A stretch of 24,000 nt of DNA from Isosphaeraceae bacterium (GCA_026004735.1 BPJS01000001.1:2529641-2553640); one strand, 5' to 3'. Positions 1 through 8,712 are shown, counted from the stretch's first letter. Numbers and translations: made by a program. The notes: a model not told the origin generated them from the letters alone.

Positions 1-1925
1 GGCTCCAGGTGGAGCTGGCCGAGACGCGGGAGCGGATCGAGGCGCGAAAGCGGGAGGCGCGGCCCGAGTTTGACTCGTGGCTGGCGGCGCAGTCGGTCGA
101 GTCGCTCTCGGCGCTGGTGAAGCCGGAGGGGTTGCACGTCCGAGCCCGAGTGGGGCCGTTGAGCGACGATGCGGCGGCCGTTACGCCCGATCTGGAGCTC
201 GACGTGGCCGACTTCGAGCGGGATCAGCCGTGGACGGCGGCGGCATGGATCAAGCTAGGCCAGCGGGATCAGTCGGCGGCGATTGTGGCGCGGATGGACG
301 ATCAGGCCCAGTTCCGGGGCTGGGATTTGTGGATCGAGGGCGGCCGGGTCGGGACGCACCTGATCTCGAAGTGGCCCGAGGATGCGTTGAAGGTCGTGGC
401 CGGTCCGCCGATCGCCGAGAATGTTTGGACCCACGTCCTGGTACGGTACGACGGCTCGGGGAAGGCCAAGGGGGTCTCAATCTATTACGACGGCAAGAAG
501 CAGCCGACGGTGATCAAGGAGGATCGGCTCAGCGGCAGCACGCGAACCGATGTGCCGTTAAGGGTGGGACAGCGGCGGTCGTCATCGAGGTTGGAGAACG
601 CCGCGCTGCATGATGTGCGGGTCTACGGGCGGGCGCTCGATGAGAACGAGGTGGCGCGGCTGGCCGGTCTGGGGCGGGCCGTGGAACTGGTCCGGCTGCC
701 GGCCGATCAGCGGTCTGCGGATCGGGTGGACCCGGTCTATCGCTGGTGGTTGGAAACGCTGGACGAGCCGAGCCGGGAGCTTCGCGGGGCGGTCGCAGGA
801 CTCGAGGCGGAGGCGGCGTCGATCCGGCAGCGGGGCACCATCGCGCATGTGACCCAGGAGCGGGATCAACCGGCGATGGCGTATGTTTTGTTCCGGGGCG
901 AGTATGACAAGCGGCGGGATCCGGTGGAGCCGGATACGCCGGCGTTTCTCCCCCCCTTCCCTACCGATGCGCCGCGTAATCGACTGGGGCTCGCGCGTTG
1001 GTTATTGATGCCAGACCATCCGCTGACTGCTCGGGTGGCCGTGAATCGCTTCTGGCAGGAGGTATTCGGCCAGGGACTGGTTCGGACGTCCGGGGACCTG
1101 GGTTCGAGCGGAGAGCTGCCCAGTCACCCGGAGCTGCTGGATTGGCTCGCCGTGGAGTTTCGGGAGAGCGGCTGGGACGTTAAGGCCCTGTTCCGCCTGA
1201 TGCTCACTTCGAGCACGTACCGGCAGGCGGCAGTGACGACGCCGGAGAAACGGGAGAAGGATCCGGCCAACCGGCTTTTGAGCCGTGGTCCGCGGTTTCG
1301 GATGGATGCCGAGATGGTGCGGGATTATGCGTTGGCGGCCAGCGGTCTGCTGGTACGCCGGGTGGGCGGACCGAGTGTCAAGCCGTACCAGCCGGACGGG
1401 GTCTGGGAAGCGGTGGCGATGCCGGAGAGCAACACCCGGAAGTATGAGCGAGACACGGGGGACAAGCTCTACCGGAGGAGTCTGTACACGTTCTGGAAGC
1501 GGGCGGCGCCGCCGGCGCTTATGGAGACGTTCAACGCGCCGAGCCGGGAGACCTGCACGGTGCGTCGGGAACGGACCAACACCCCGCTCCAAGCACTGGC
1601 GACGCTCAACGATGTGACGTTCATCGAGGCGGCGCGAGTGTTGGCCGAGAGAGTGCTCCGGGAGGGGGCGGGGTGTGACGACTGCCGGGCCGACGGGATG
1701 GCCGAGCGGGTCCTGGCTCGACCGCTCCGGGAGGCGGAGCGGCCGATCATCCAGGCAACGCTAGAGTCCTTAAGTGCCTACTATCGCGACCACCCGGAGG
1801 AAGCGGCGGCGCTGATCGCGGTGGGTGAGTCGAAGGCCGACCCGCAACTAGATCCTCGGGAACTGGCTGCCTGGACGATGGTAGCCAACCAGATGCTCAA
1901 CATGGATGAGGCTCTGAACAAGTGA
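1..1925 (+). CDS. DUF1553 (PSD1) domain protein with an internal LamG-like lectin-fold domain; the 5' end lies upstream of the window
   Basis: Frame 3 is open from base 3 (LQVELAE...), so the listed GTG at 9 is probably not the real start. The C-terminal half carries a PSD1-type signature, NRFWQEVFGQGLVRTSGDLGSSGELPSHPELLDWLAVEF. The segment WTAAAWIKL...WTHVLVRYDGSGKAKGVSIYYDGKK resembles a LamG/laminin-G-type sandwich. A DUF1501 gene follows after 18 nt, which is the classic planctomycete pairing. Confidence 0.88.
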   Translation, partial: LQVELAETRERIEARKREARPEFDSWLAAQSVESLSALVKPEGLHVRARVGPLSDDAAAVTPDLELDVADFERDQPWTAAAWIKLGQRDQSAAIVARMDDQAQFRGWDLWIEGGRVGTHLISKWPEDALKVVAGPPIAENVWTHVLVRYDGSGKAKGVSIYYDGKKQPTVIKEDRLSGSTRTDVPLRVGQRRSSSRLENAALHDVRVYGRALDENEVARLAGLGRAVELVRLPADQRSADRVDPVYRWWLETLDEPSRELRGAVAGLEAEAASIRQRGTIAHVTQERDQPAMAYVLFRGEYDKRRDPVEPDTPAFLPPFPTDAPRNRLGLARWLLMPDHPLTARVAVNRFWQEVFGQGLVRTSGDLGSSGELPSHPELLDWLAVEFRESGWDVKALFRLMLTSSTYRQAAVTTPEKREKDPANRLLSRGPRFRMDAEMVRDYALAASGLLVRRVGGPSVKPYQPDGVWEAVAMPESNTRKYERDTGDKLYRRSLYTFWKRAAPPALMETFNAPSRETCTVRRERTNTPLQALATLNDVTFIEAARVLAERVLREGAGCDDCRADGMAERVLARPLREAERPIIQATLESLSAYYRDHPEEAAALIAVGESKADPQLDPRELAAWTMVANQMLNMDEALNK

Positions 1926-1943
1926 GCGTGCACAGATACTGAG

Positions 1944-3434
1944 ATGAAACAGAGCGCCGGAGGCGGGGGAAGCCCCGGGGAGAGTCAGTCGATGCATCCG
2001 TATGACGAACAGTTGCGGTTGATGACGCGACGGCACTTTTTCGGGCGGGCCTCGAACGGGCTGGGGCTGGCGGCATTGGCGAGTCTGATGAGCCGCTCGG
2101 GGCGGGCTGGGCAGACGGGGGCTGTTGGCCCTCATTTTGCGCCGCGGGCCCGGCACGTGATCTACCTGCACATGGTGGGAGGTCCATCGCAGATGGACCT
2201 CTTCGACTACAAGCCGCAGATGGCCGACTGGTTTGACAAGGATCTGCCGGACAGCGTGCGGATGGGCCAGCGGCTGACGACCATGACCAGCGGCCAGGCG
2301 CGGTTTCCGATCGCGCCGTCGAAATACAAGTTTGCCCAGCATGGCCAGTGCGGCATGTGGGTGACCGAGCTTCTGCCGTACACAGCGCGGATGGTCGACG
2401 ATCTTTGCTTCATTCGAAGCATGCACACCGAGGCGATCAACCACGAGCCGGCCATCACGGCGATGCAGACCGGCAACATGGTTCCGGGGCGACCCTGTCT
2501 CGGGTCGTGGACCAGTTATGGGCTAGGCTCTGAGAATGACAACCTGCCGACCTTTGTGGTGCTCGTGGCCAAGGCGTCGAACAACGAGCAGAATCAGGCA
2601 ATCTCGGCGCGGTTGTGGTCCAGCGGATTCTTGCCCGGCGAGCATGCTGGCGTTTCGTTCCGGACCTCCGGCGACCCGATTCTGTTTATCCAGAATCCGC
2701 CAGGGGTCTCCGCGAGCGTTCGCCGCCGGATGCTCGATGGCCTCAGCGCACTCAACGAACTGACCTTTGCTGAGCTGGGCGATCCCGAGACCCGCACGCG
2801 GATCGAGCAGTACGAGCTCGCCTATCGGATGCAGACGAGCGTGCCGGAGTTGACCGATCTGTCCGACGAACCGGCTTCTACGGAAACGCTTTATGGACCG
2901 GATATTCACAAGCCGGGGTCGTTTGCTCACTCCGTGCTGCTGGCGCGGCGGTTGGTGGAACGAGGGGTGCGGTTTGTCCAGATTTATCACAACAACTGGG
3001 ATCACCATGCGAACGTGGCAGGCCGGATGCCCGACCAGTGCCGCGACGTGGATCAGCCGTGTTGGGGCCTGGTGCAGGACTTGAAGAGCCGGGGACTGTT
3101 TGACGAGACGTTGATCATCTGGGGTGGCGAGTTTGGTCGGACGATTTACAGCCAGGGCGGGCTGACCCATGAGAATTACGGCCGGGACCACCATCCACGC
3201 TGTTTCACGATGTGGATGGCCGGCGGGGGAAGCCGGGGCGGAACCATCTACGGTGAAACCGACGAATTCAGTTACAACATCATCAAGGACCCGGTGCACA
3301 TCCGCGATTTTCATGCGACGATCTTGAAGCTGCTCGGGTTTGACCACGAGCGGCTGACTTACAAATTCAACGGCTTGGATGCGCGGCTGACGGGCGTGGA
3401 GCCGGCCCGGGTGATTACGGAGCTGATCGCCTGA
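1944..3434 (+). CDS. DUF1501 domain protein (sulfatase/alkaline-phosphatase-like fold) with a twin-arginine signal
   Basis: 496-aa ORF. The N-terminus has a Tat motif, MTRRHFFGRASNGLGLAALASL. Typical DUF1501 blocks are present (HMVGGPSQMDLFDYKP, IIWGGEFGRT, GRDHHP). The start is uncertain: ATG at 1944, 1992 or 2022. Confidence 0.9.
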   Translation: MKQSAGGGGSPGESQSMHPYDEQLRLMTRRHFFGRASNGLGLAALASLMSRSGRAGQTGAVGPHFAPRARHVIYLHMVGGPSQMDLFDYKPQMADWFDKDLPDSVRMGQRLTTMTSGQARFPIAPSKYKFAQHGQCGMWVTELLPYTARMVDDLCFIRSMHTEAINHEPAITAMQTGNMVPGRPCLGSWTSYGLGSENDNLPTFVVLVAKASNNEQNQAISARLWSSGFLPGEHAGVSFRTSGDPILFIQNPPGVSASVRRRMLDGLSALNELTFAELGDPETRTRIEQYELAYRMQTSVPELTDLSDEPASTETLYGPDIHKPGSFAHSVLLARRLVERGVRFVQIYHNNWDHHANVAGRMPDQCRDVDQPCWGLVQDLKSRGLFDETLIIWGGEFGRTIYSQGGLTHENYGRDHHPRCFTMWMAGGGSRGGTIYGETDEFSYNIIKDPVHIRDFHATILKLLGFDHERLTYKFNGLDARLTGVEPARVITELIA

Positions 3435-3520
3435 GCGTCAATCTGAGCCGTTGGACCTGGCGTCGAGGCCATCGTGTGGCCGTGGTGGTCCGATGGCTGG
3501 GTCGCGCCGAGCTGGTGCAG

Positions 3521-3554
3521 AAACCAGCGAAGTGCTGCCGCACAAACCAGCGAA
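3521..3554. repeat. Exact 11-nt direct repeat AAACCAGCGAA (3521-3531 and 3544-3554) in a convergent intergenic region
   Basis: Read directly: cagAAACCAGCGAAg ... cacAAACCAGCGAAa, with repeat starts 23 nt apart. Function unknown. Confidence 0.3.
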
Positions 3555-3557
3555 ACG

Positions 3558-3597
3558 CTACGGCCCCGGGCCGGAGGTTCCAACCGCGGGGCCGTAG
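3558..3597. terminator. GC-rich inverted repeat, candidate bidirectional terminator between convergent genes
   Basis: CTACGGCCCCG (3558-3568) is the perfect reverse complement of CGGGGCCGTAG (3587-3597), giving an 11-bp stem and an 18-nt loop. It sits between the DUF1501 stop (3434) and the oxidoreductase stop (3634). There is no U-tract, which is usual for high-GC genomes. Confidence 0.4.
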
Positions 3598-3633
3598 GGA
3601 TGGGTGTTTGAGGCGACCGGCACGAGGCAGCGC

Positions 3634-5259
3634 TTAGAGGGCTAGCTCGATGTCTTCCTCGGACTGGTCGGGGGTGGCGTCGCTGCGGAAGTCGAACCAG
3701 TTGGGGTCGAAGTCGATGCGCCGCCGCTGGCGCATCGCGAGGTTGCTGGTCAGGGCGATGACGGCGTCGGCCAAGGCGATTTCGCCGTGGCAGCGGGGGA
3801 TCAGGGTGGCGTCGTCGACCTCGTAGATGCGGTCGCTCTGATTGGCGCGGATGCAGTAGGCGAAGTGTTCGAGTTCTTCGCGGTAGCCGCGGCTGGGGGC
3901 TTCGTCCCAGGCGGTGCCGGGGACGGCTGGGGTGCTGGCGCCGGCGAGGCTGGGGCTGGTTTCGACGGTGGGTTTGCCGCCGCGGTCGGCGACCGTAACG
4001 TAGGTCCCCTTGCCGCCGGCCGAGCCGGTGTTGGCGTCGGCCTCCTTATAGAGAAGGATCTCCTTCTCGCCCTCGACGATCATGGTGCCGCGGGTGCCGT
4101 AAACCATCTCGCCGTAGTTTTCGAACCGGTTGGTGTTGATCGAGGAGTAGGTGACGACGACGCGGTCGTGGCCGCGGGCCTCGGGGTCGTCGCGGGTGGG
4201 GAATTCGAAGGTGACGAAGACGTGGTCGTCGACTTCCCGGCCGTCGTCGTAGAAGAAGGTGCCGCCGATGCCGGTGACGGCGGTCGGGTGGACCTTGCCG
4301 AGAAAGATGGAGCAGGCGTCGAGCTGATGGCTGCCCAGCTCGGCCATTAGGCCGGCGCCAGTCTGGTTGTAGAGCCGCCACTGGACAAGCTGTTGCAGGT
4401 CCTTGTAGCGGTAGGTCCACTCTTTGCCCTTGCCGTTGCGGAAGCGGACGACGTGTTGGGAGACGTCGATCTGGCGGTCTTCGGCGGGGATGTCGGGCTT
4501 CCAGGAATCGTAATAGAGGATGTTGCCCTGATCGTCGCGGAGGGGGATGGGGTTGCCCTGAGCGTCGTAGACGATCTGGCCATCCTTTTTCTGGTACCGC
4601 GGGGTGGCGTTGTTGCGGTGCCAGAGGGCGCGGATGTGGCGGATTTCGCCGAGGTGGCCGTTTTCGACCAGGTAGTTGGCGTTGTCGTAGAGAGCCGAGT
4701 AGTGCCGCTGATGGCCGATGGCAAGCATTTTATTGGTCTCGTGGGCGACGCGGCACATGGCCTTGCATTCGCCGACCGAGTGCGCCATCAGCTTTTCGCA
4801 GAAGACGTGCTTGCCGGCGCGAAGGGCTTTGATGGCAACCGGTGCGTGGAGCCAGAGCGGCAGGGCGATGACGACCATCTCGACGTTGGGGTCGGCGAGC
4901 ATGGCGTCGACGTCGGGGTACATGTTCTTGGCGAAGGCCTCGACCTCGGCGGAGGAATAACCGCCGTGGGCGCGGAGGGTCTCGACGGCACGTTTTTGCT
5001 GGCTGGGACGGATATCGCAGAAACCGATGAATTGGAGATATTCAGGGTTGTGGTCATGGATCATAGCCTGGCAGCCTTCGTTGCCAGTGCCGATGATCGC
5101 GGCGCGGACGGGGCGGTCAACGGCCTTGTAGCCGAAGTAAAAGGCGCCGGCGACGGGAGCGACGGCCGCGCCTTGGAGGAAGCGGCGGCGGGTGACGCCC
5201 AGGACCGACCGGGCGTTTTCGCGGCCGATGGCCTTTTGTTCCGGGGTGAGAGTGGTCAT
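3634..5259 (-). CDS. Gfo/Idh/MocA family oxidoreductase, Tat-exported (periplasmic)
   Basis: 541-aa ORF. It has a Tat signal (TRRRFLQGAAVAPVAGAF), an N-terminal Rossmann motif (RAAIIGTGNEGCQAM) and an EKP-type motif (FCEKLMAH). Its start overlaps the upstream gene's stop by ATGA. Confidence 0.9.
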   Translation of the reverse strand: MTTLTPEQKAIGRENARSVLGVTRRRFLQGAAVAPVAGAFYFGYKAVDRPVRAAIIGTGNEGCQAMIHDHNPEYLQFIGFCDIRPSQQKRAVETLRAHGGYSSAEVEAFAKNMYPDVDAMLADPNVEMVVIALPLWLHAPVAIKALRAGKHVFCEKLMAHSVGECKAMCRVAHETNKMLAIGHQRHYSALYDNANYLVENGHLGEIRHIRALWHRNNATPRYQKKDGQIVYDAQGNPIPLRDDQGNILYYDSWKPDIPAEDRQIDVSQHVVRFRNGKGKEWTYRYKDLQQLVQWRLYNQTGAGLMAELGSHQLDACSIFLGKVHPTAVTGIGGTFFYDDGREVDDHVFVTFEFPTRDDPEARGHDRVVVTYSSINTNRFENYGEMVYGTRGTMIVEGEKEILLYKEADANTGSAGGKGTYVTVADRGGKPTVETSPSLAGASTPAVPGTAWDEAPSRGYREELEHFAYCIRANQSDRIYEVDDATLIPRCHGEIALADAVIALTSNLAMRQRRRIDFDPNWFDFRSDATPDQSEEDIELAL

Positions 5260-6275
5260 CGCGGGCTCCCTGAGGTGGAGAGGGGAATGGGCTGCCGGGG
5301 GTCGGACGAACCCCGGGGGCGGTCGGCCGTGGGAAGCAGAGCAGGGTTGGACCCGGGGGGGTCGGAAAACGGCACGCGTGGACCTGCATCGCGGCGACGG
5401 CGTCCCAGGCCGCCGAAGAGCCAGGCATCGAGGCCAATCCAGAGGCCATTGGGCGTGGCCGCCAGAACCAGACAGGCCAGCAGTTCGATCAGGTTTTTGT
5501 TAACGATCCAATAATGCCCCTCCGCCTGAGGCGGGACCGGCAACCCCGGCCAGGGCGGCTGGGCCAGGTAAAAGAGCGTCAGGAAGCCGGCGCCGGCCAG
5601 GGCGGCGACCGGGGTCAGCAAACCGAGCAACAGGCCGATGCCGACCAGGGTCAGTCCCCACTTGGTGATCTGGTTCGAGAGATCCAGGAGAGTCGGGGGA
5701 GGCTGATATTCACCGTAACTGGCTTTCTGAGCTTCGGTTGGGATGCCCGCGGCGGCCCAGTCCTTGCGAAGGCTCTCGGTCCAGCCATTCAGAATGCCGA
5801 CCAGCTCGCGGCGGGTGGTCTCGACCTCGCGGGCGGTCTTCTGGGCCAACTCGCGTTGGTAGGCCAGAGCGGACGGGTCGGACTCGACGGAGCGAACACG
5901 GTCGAGTTCGTGGAAATACTTGGCGATTTTTTCCGCGTTATCCCGGTCGAGAAACCAATCATCGGCGCGTTGGGCGGCGGCGTTGAGAGCTGCTTCGGCA
6001 GACTCGATCTGGCCGGGGTCGAGCCGGTAGTGGGCAATCAGCCGATCCAGCTCGTCGCGCCATTGCCGTTTCAGACCCTCGGGGCGACCGGCCTGGTCAC
6101 GGCTGAGGATCTCACGGGCGTCGACATCGGGGATGATGCTGCGGAAGGCGGACGCGAACGGCCCTTGAGCGGCCCGAAGGTACCCCTCCGAATTGAACGG
6201 TTTGCCGTCTTCCGGGTCGAGTTTGTGGAGGCCTTCGGTCAGGAAGTGCCAGCCGATCGCCGTGCGCAAGAGCAC
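5256..6275 (-). CDS. DoxX-like integral membrane protein with a long soluble helical insertion
   Basis: The N-terminal helix LLRTAIGWHFLTEGLHKL is DoxX-like. An insertion of about 170 aa rich in charged residues follows, then C-terminal TM helices (WGLTLVGIGLLLGLLTPVAALAGAGFLTLFYL, LIELLACLVLAATPNGLWIGL). A 4-nt ATGA overlap joins it to the downstream oxidoreductase. The true start is probably upstream of 6275 (see findings). Confidence 0.6.
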   Translation of the reverse strand: MLLRTAIGWHFLTEGLHKLDPEDGKPFNSEGYLRAAQGPFASAFRSIIPDVDAREILSRDQAGRPEGLKRQWRDELDRLIAHYRLDPGQIESAEAALNAAAQRADDWFLDRDNAEKIAKYFHELDRVRSVESDPSALAYQRELAQKTAREVETTRRELVGILNGWTESLRKDWAAAGIPTEAQKASYGEYQPPPTLLDLSNQITKWGLTLVGIGLLLGLLTPVAALAGAGFLTLFYLAQPPWPGLPVPPQAEGHYWIVNKNLIELLACLVLAATPNGLWIGLDAWLFGGLGRRRRDAGPRVPFSDPPGSNPALLPTADRPRGSSDPRQPIPLSTSGSPR

Positions 6276-6685
6276 GAGAAACAGGGCACCCCAAAAACCG
6301 GGATAGTAGCGGGTCGAGGCAGCCAGGGCATGACTCCTTTCGTTCGCTACGCAAAGGAAGCTGGCGATGGTTCAAAAAATCAGGAGCGTCCGGCTGGAGC
6401 CGGGGAAAGCCAGGGCGAACTCCGGGTTGCCTTGCGAGAGCGTCGTGTGAATTAAGGTACGCTGGCACGCGGCTGGCGGTGCGTTGGGGTACCTCAAATC
6501 CTTGCTTCATCAATTCTAAACAAGCAAACGGTCAGGTGGCTACCGTTTTGGCGGGGTGGGTGGGCGGCTCGGGACCGATCGGGGCGAAGAGGAGAACAAA
6601 ACGGCGGGCAGGCAAGGCGTTACAGATGGCGGCAGCGTGGGTCGAATCGAGTGAGAAGCGTGGGCTGCTCCCGGCCTGATGATGT

Positions 6686-7510
6686 TCAGCGCACGCTGGA
6701 ACGTGGCGCGGGGCGAGAGGGTCGGGCGACGTGGGCCGTACGCAGCGTGAGGTGAGGGGCGGAGAGGTGGTCGAACGGGGCGGAGCGAGCGGTTCCGGGG
6801 AGCGTCAGGGGGGGAGCCTGATCGAGGTCGAAGGGGAGGGCCTCGGCGGGTGGTGGGGGGAGTTGGTCGAGGTCGGGGGGTGTCGGGAGGGAGGGATTGG
6901 GTGGGTCGGGCGGTGGGGATGTCTCCCAGGCGCGAACGTCCCGGCCGGCGGAGGGAGGGTCGGTGGGGATCGGGGAGGGAAGAGGGAGCGGAACACCGGT
7001 CGGATTGAGCCGCTGGGTTTCGATCCGGGAGTCGAGAATCACGCTTGAGCGGCAGAGGTCGCAGGCGTCGCGGCAGACAAGGTCGAGGCGAGCCAGGGCG
7101 CGGCGTGCCCATTTGCGGGTGGCGTGGTCCGGGTCGCAGGCGGCCGCGTGCTGGAGCGCGGCGTGGACGGTGCTCAGGCAGGGAGCAGGCTTGATGCGTG
7201 CCAGGCTCTCGGCGGCTTCCTCGCGGACCTCGTCCTCGGGGTCGTTGAGTAGGGAGGAGGCCAAGGCGTCGAGGATGACGGGGTGGCGTCGCCAGTCGAA
7301 GCCGCGGAGCGCGACGGCGGCGTTGTCGCGGGTCCGCCAGCGGGGATGGTTCTGGAGGACGTCGATCAACGTGGCGACCCGAGCCGCGGCCGCGTTGGCT
7401 GGATCGCCGTAGACGACTGCGGCCGGCGTGACGGATCCGGTGCGGCGATGGCCAAAGTCGCAGCCAATCACGACCGAAGCCGCAACCATTACAGTGGCGA
7501 AGCAAGTCAT
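6686..7510 (-). CDS. HEAT-repeat lipoprotein with a proline-rich C-terminal tail
   Basis: The internal ATG at 7510 gives MTCFATVMVAASVVIGC, a signal peptide plus lipobox (VIGC). HEAT-like repeats are present (RDNAAVALRGF...HPVILDALASSLLNDPEDEVREEAAESLARI). The C-terminus is proline-rich with repeated DLDQ units. The ORF-track start at 7546 is the alternative. Confidence 0.62.
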   Translation of the reverse strand: MTCFATVMVAASVVIGCDFGHRRTGSVTPAAVVYGDPANAAAARVATLIDVLQNHPRWRTRDNAAVALRGFDWRRHPVILDALASSLLNDPEDEVREEAAESLARIKPAPCLSTVHAALQHAAACDPDHATRKWARRALARLDLVCRDACDLCRSSVILDSRIETQRLNPTGVPLPLPSPIPTDPPSAGRDVRAWETSPPPDPPNPSLPTPPDLDQLPPPPAEALPFDLDQAPPLTLPGTARSAPFDHLSAPHLTLRTAHVARPSRPAPRSSVR

Positions 7511-7658
7511 GGGGAACAGACTCCGATTCCAAGGATCGCGCGCCACCCGAGAAATCGTAATGCGACCGACAAGGCCGAGTCCTGCCGCTCGAAATGATCT
7601 GTCGAACCGCGTTTGTATCGAGCAACCGCCATGCCAAGGGTTGCGGGCAGCGGTCGCG

Positions 7659-8591
7659 ATGATGTGGGTTTTGGGGCTGGTGGGGTTGATCGGGCTGGCG
7701 GAATTGGGACGGGTCGGTGGTTGGGTGCTCGGTGGGTGGACGCTGATCGGCTATGTGGGGGCGATGGGAGTGTGCGGGTGGATTTGGACCGATGCGCGGG
7801 GAACGGCGTTACGGCCGGCGGTGGTTTGGAGCGGGGTGAGCCTCGGAGTGTTGATGGCGGACGTGGTGTTGGGGGTAGACGGGCGACCGCTGGGACCGGT
7901 CGGTCCGGTGCGGGGTGGCTGGACGACTCTGGGGGCGTTGGCCGTCGTGGCGTCGGCGGTGTCGGTGCTCAATGCGCGGAACCCGGGGGCCGGGGTCTGG
8001 GCTGGGCTGGTGGGGGTTTTGGTGGTGATGGTAGTGATTCGGCCGCTGGCCTTGGGAGGGGGCGACCTGGTGCAGGCTTTGGGGGAACTCGGGGAGCTTG
8101 AGGTCTCGTGGCGGATGTTTTTGGTTGTGCTGGCGGTCGTGGGGCTGGGAAATTATGCCGGGACGAGGCGTTGGAAGGCCGCGCTGGTGGTGGGACTGGG
8201 GGTCGTCGGGTGGTTTGTGTTTGGGGCGGGGCCTGCGGCGGAGTGGCAGGGCGTGGCGCGGTGGGTGTTGCTGGGTGGGCTGCCGTTGGGCTGGCTGATC
8301 TTGGGGATCGAGGATCGGCAGGCTCGACGGGCTTCGTCGGATTTGGAGCGGCTCTGGTATTGGTTTCGGGATCGGTGGGGGTTGGTTTGGGGGCTGCGGG
8401 TTCTGGAGCGCCTGGAGCGAGAGGCGGAGGTGGCGGGGTGGACGTTCCGGCTGGGTTGGGACGGAGTGGAGCCTCGCGGCGCGGTCGGGGAGATTGAGAC
8501 CAGCGACCTGGCGGCGGCGACACCGGTCTTGCGGGGTCTGTTGCACCGCTTCGCGCGGCCTTGGAGGCTCGACCGAGTGGTCTCGGGGTGA
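7659..8591 (+). CDS. Hypothetical polytopic membrane protein (about 8 TM helices) with a Trp/Arg-rich cytosolic tail
   Basis: A long ORF in which Gly/Val/Leu/Trp-rich hydrophobic segments alternate with short loops. The C-terminal part of about 95 aa is soluble (RQARRASSDLERLWYWFRDRWGLVWGLRVLERLEREAE...). Upstream starts at 7428 or 7560 are possible, but 7428 overlaps the divergent lipoprotein gene. I recognise no family motif. Confidence 0.55.
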   Translation: MMWVLGLVGLIGLAELGRVGGWVLGGWTLIGYVGAMGVCGWIWTDARGTALRPAVVWSGVSLGVLMADVVLGVDGRPLGPVGPVRGGWTTLGALAVVASAVSVLNARNPGAGVWAGLVGVLVVMVVIRPLALGGGDLVQALGELGELEVSWRMFLVVLAVVGLGNYAGTRRWKAALVVGLGVVGWFVFGAGPAAEWQGVARWVLLGGLPLGWLILGIEDRQARRASSDLERLWYWFRDRWGLVWGLRVLERLEREAEVAGWTFRLGWDGVEPRGAVGEIETSDLAAATPVLRGLLHRFARPWRLDRVVSG

Positions 8592-8712
8592 GCTCCCGGG
8601 CCGAATCGTGAAAGTCTGTGAGTGGGTTGACGGCGGCCTCGGGACTTGAGGAAGCTAACGTAGGCTGATTTGGTTGAGCAACCAGTTGGCTTGATGGGAG
8701 GATACGATCACG

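Noticed and set aside
1081-1120. GGTTCGA T-loop-like strings (also near 16855), checked as possible tRNA or tRNA-Sec genes near the selenium locus
   Set aside because: Both lie inside well-supported coding regions. I could not draw a cloverleaf or acceptor-stem pairing around either. No intergenic region here is tRNA-like.
6453-6467. A sigma-54-like element, TGGCAC-N5-TGGC, on the plus strand
   Set aside because: The -12 element deviates from TTGC. It also points into the 3' end of a minus-strand gene, and no plus-strand gene lies within about 1 kb. It is probably a chance match in GC-rich DNA.
6112-6513. A 133-aa minus-strand ORF containing a CPGC motif, which could suggest a thioredoxin-like protein
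   Set aside because: The CPGC falls in the alternative frame of the DoxX-like gene's 5' region, and the rest of the translation has no thioredoxin-fold pattern. I take it as coincidence.
6540-7637. A 365-aa minus-strand ORF overlapping the HEAT lipoprotein gene in another frame
   Set aside because: Its translation is almost entirely Arg/Pro/Ser low complexity with no signal peptide or fold motif. The 6686-7510 frame has a lipobox and HEAT repeats.
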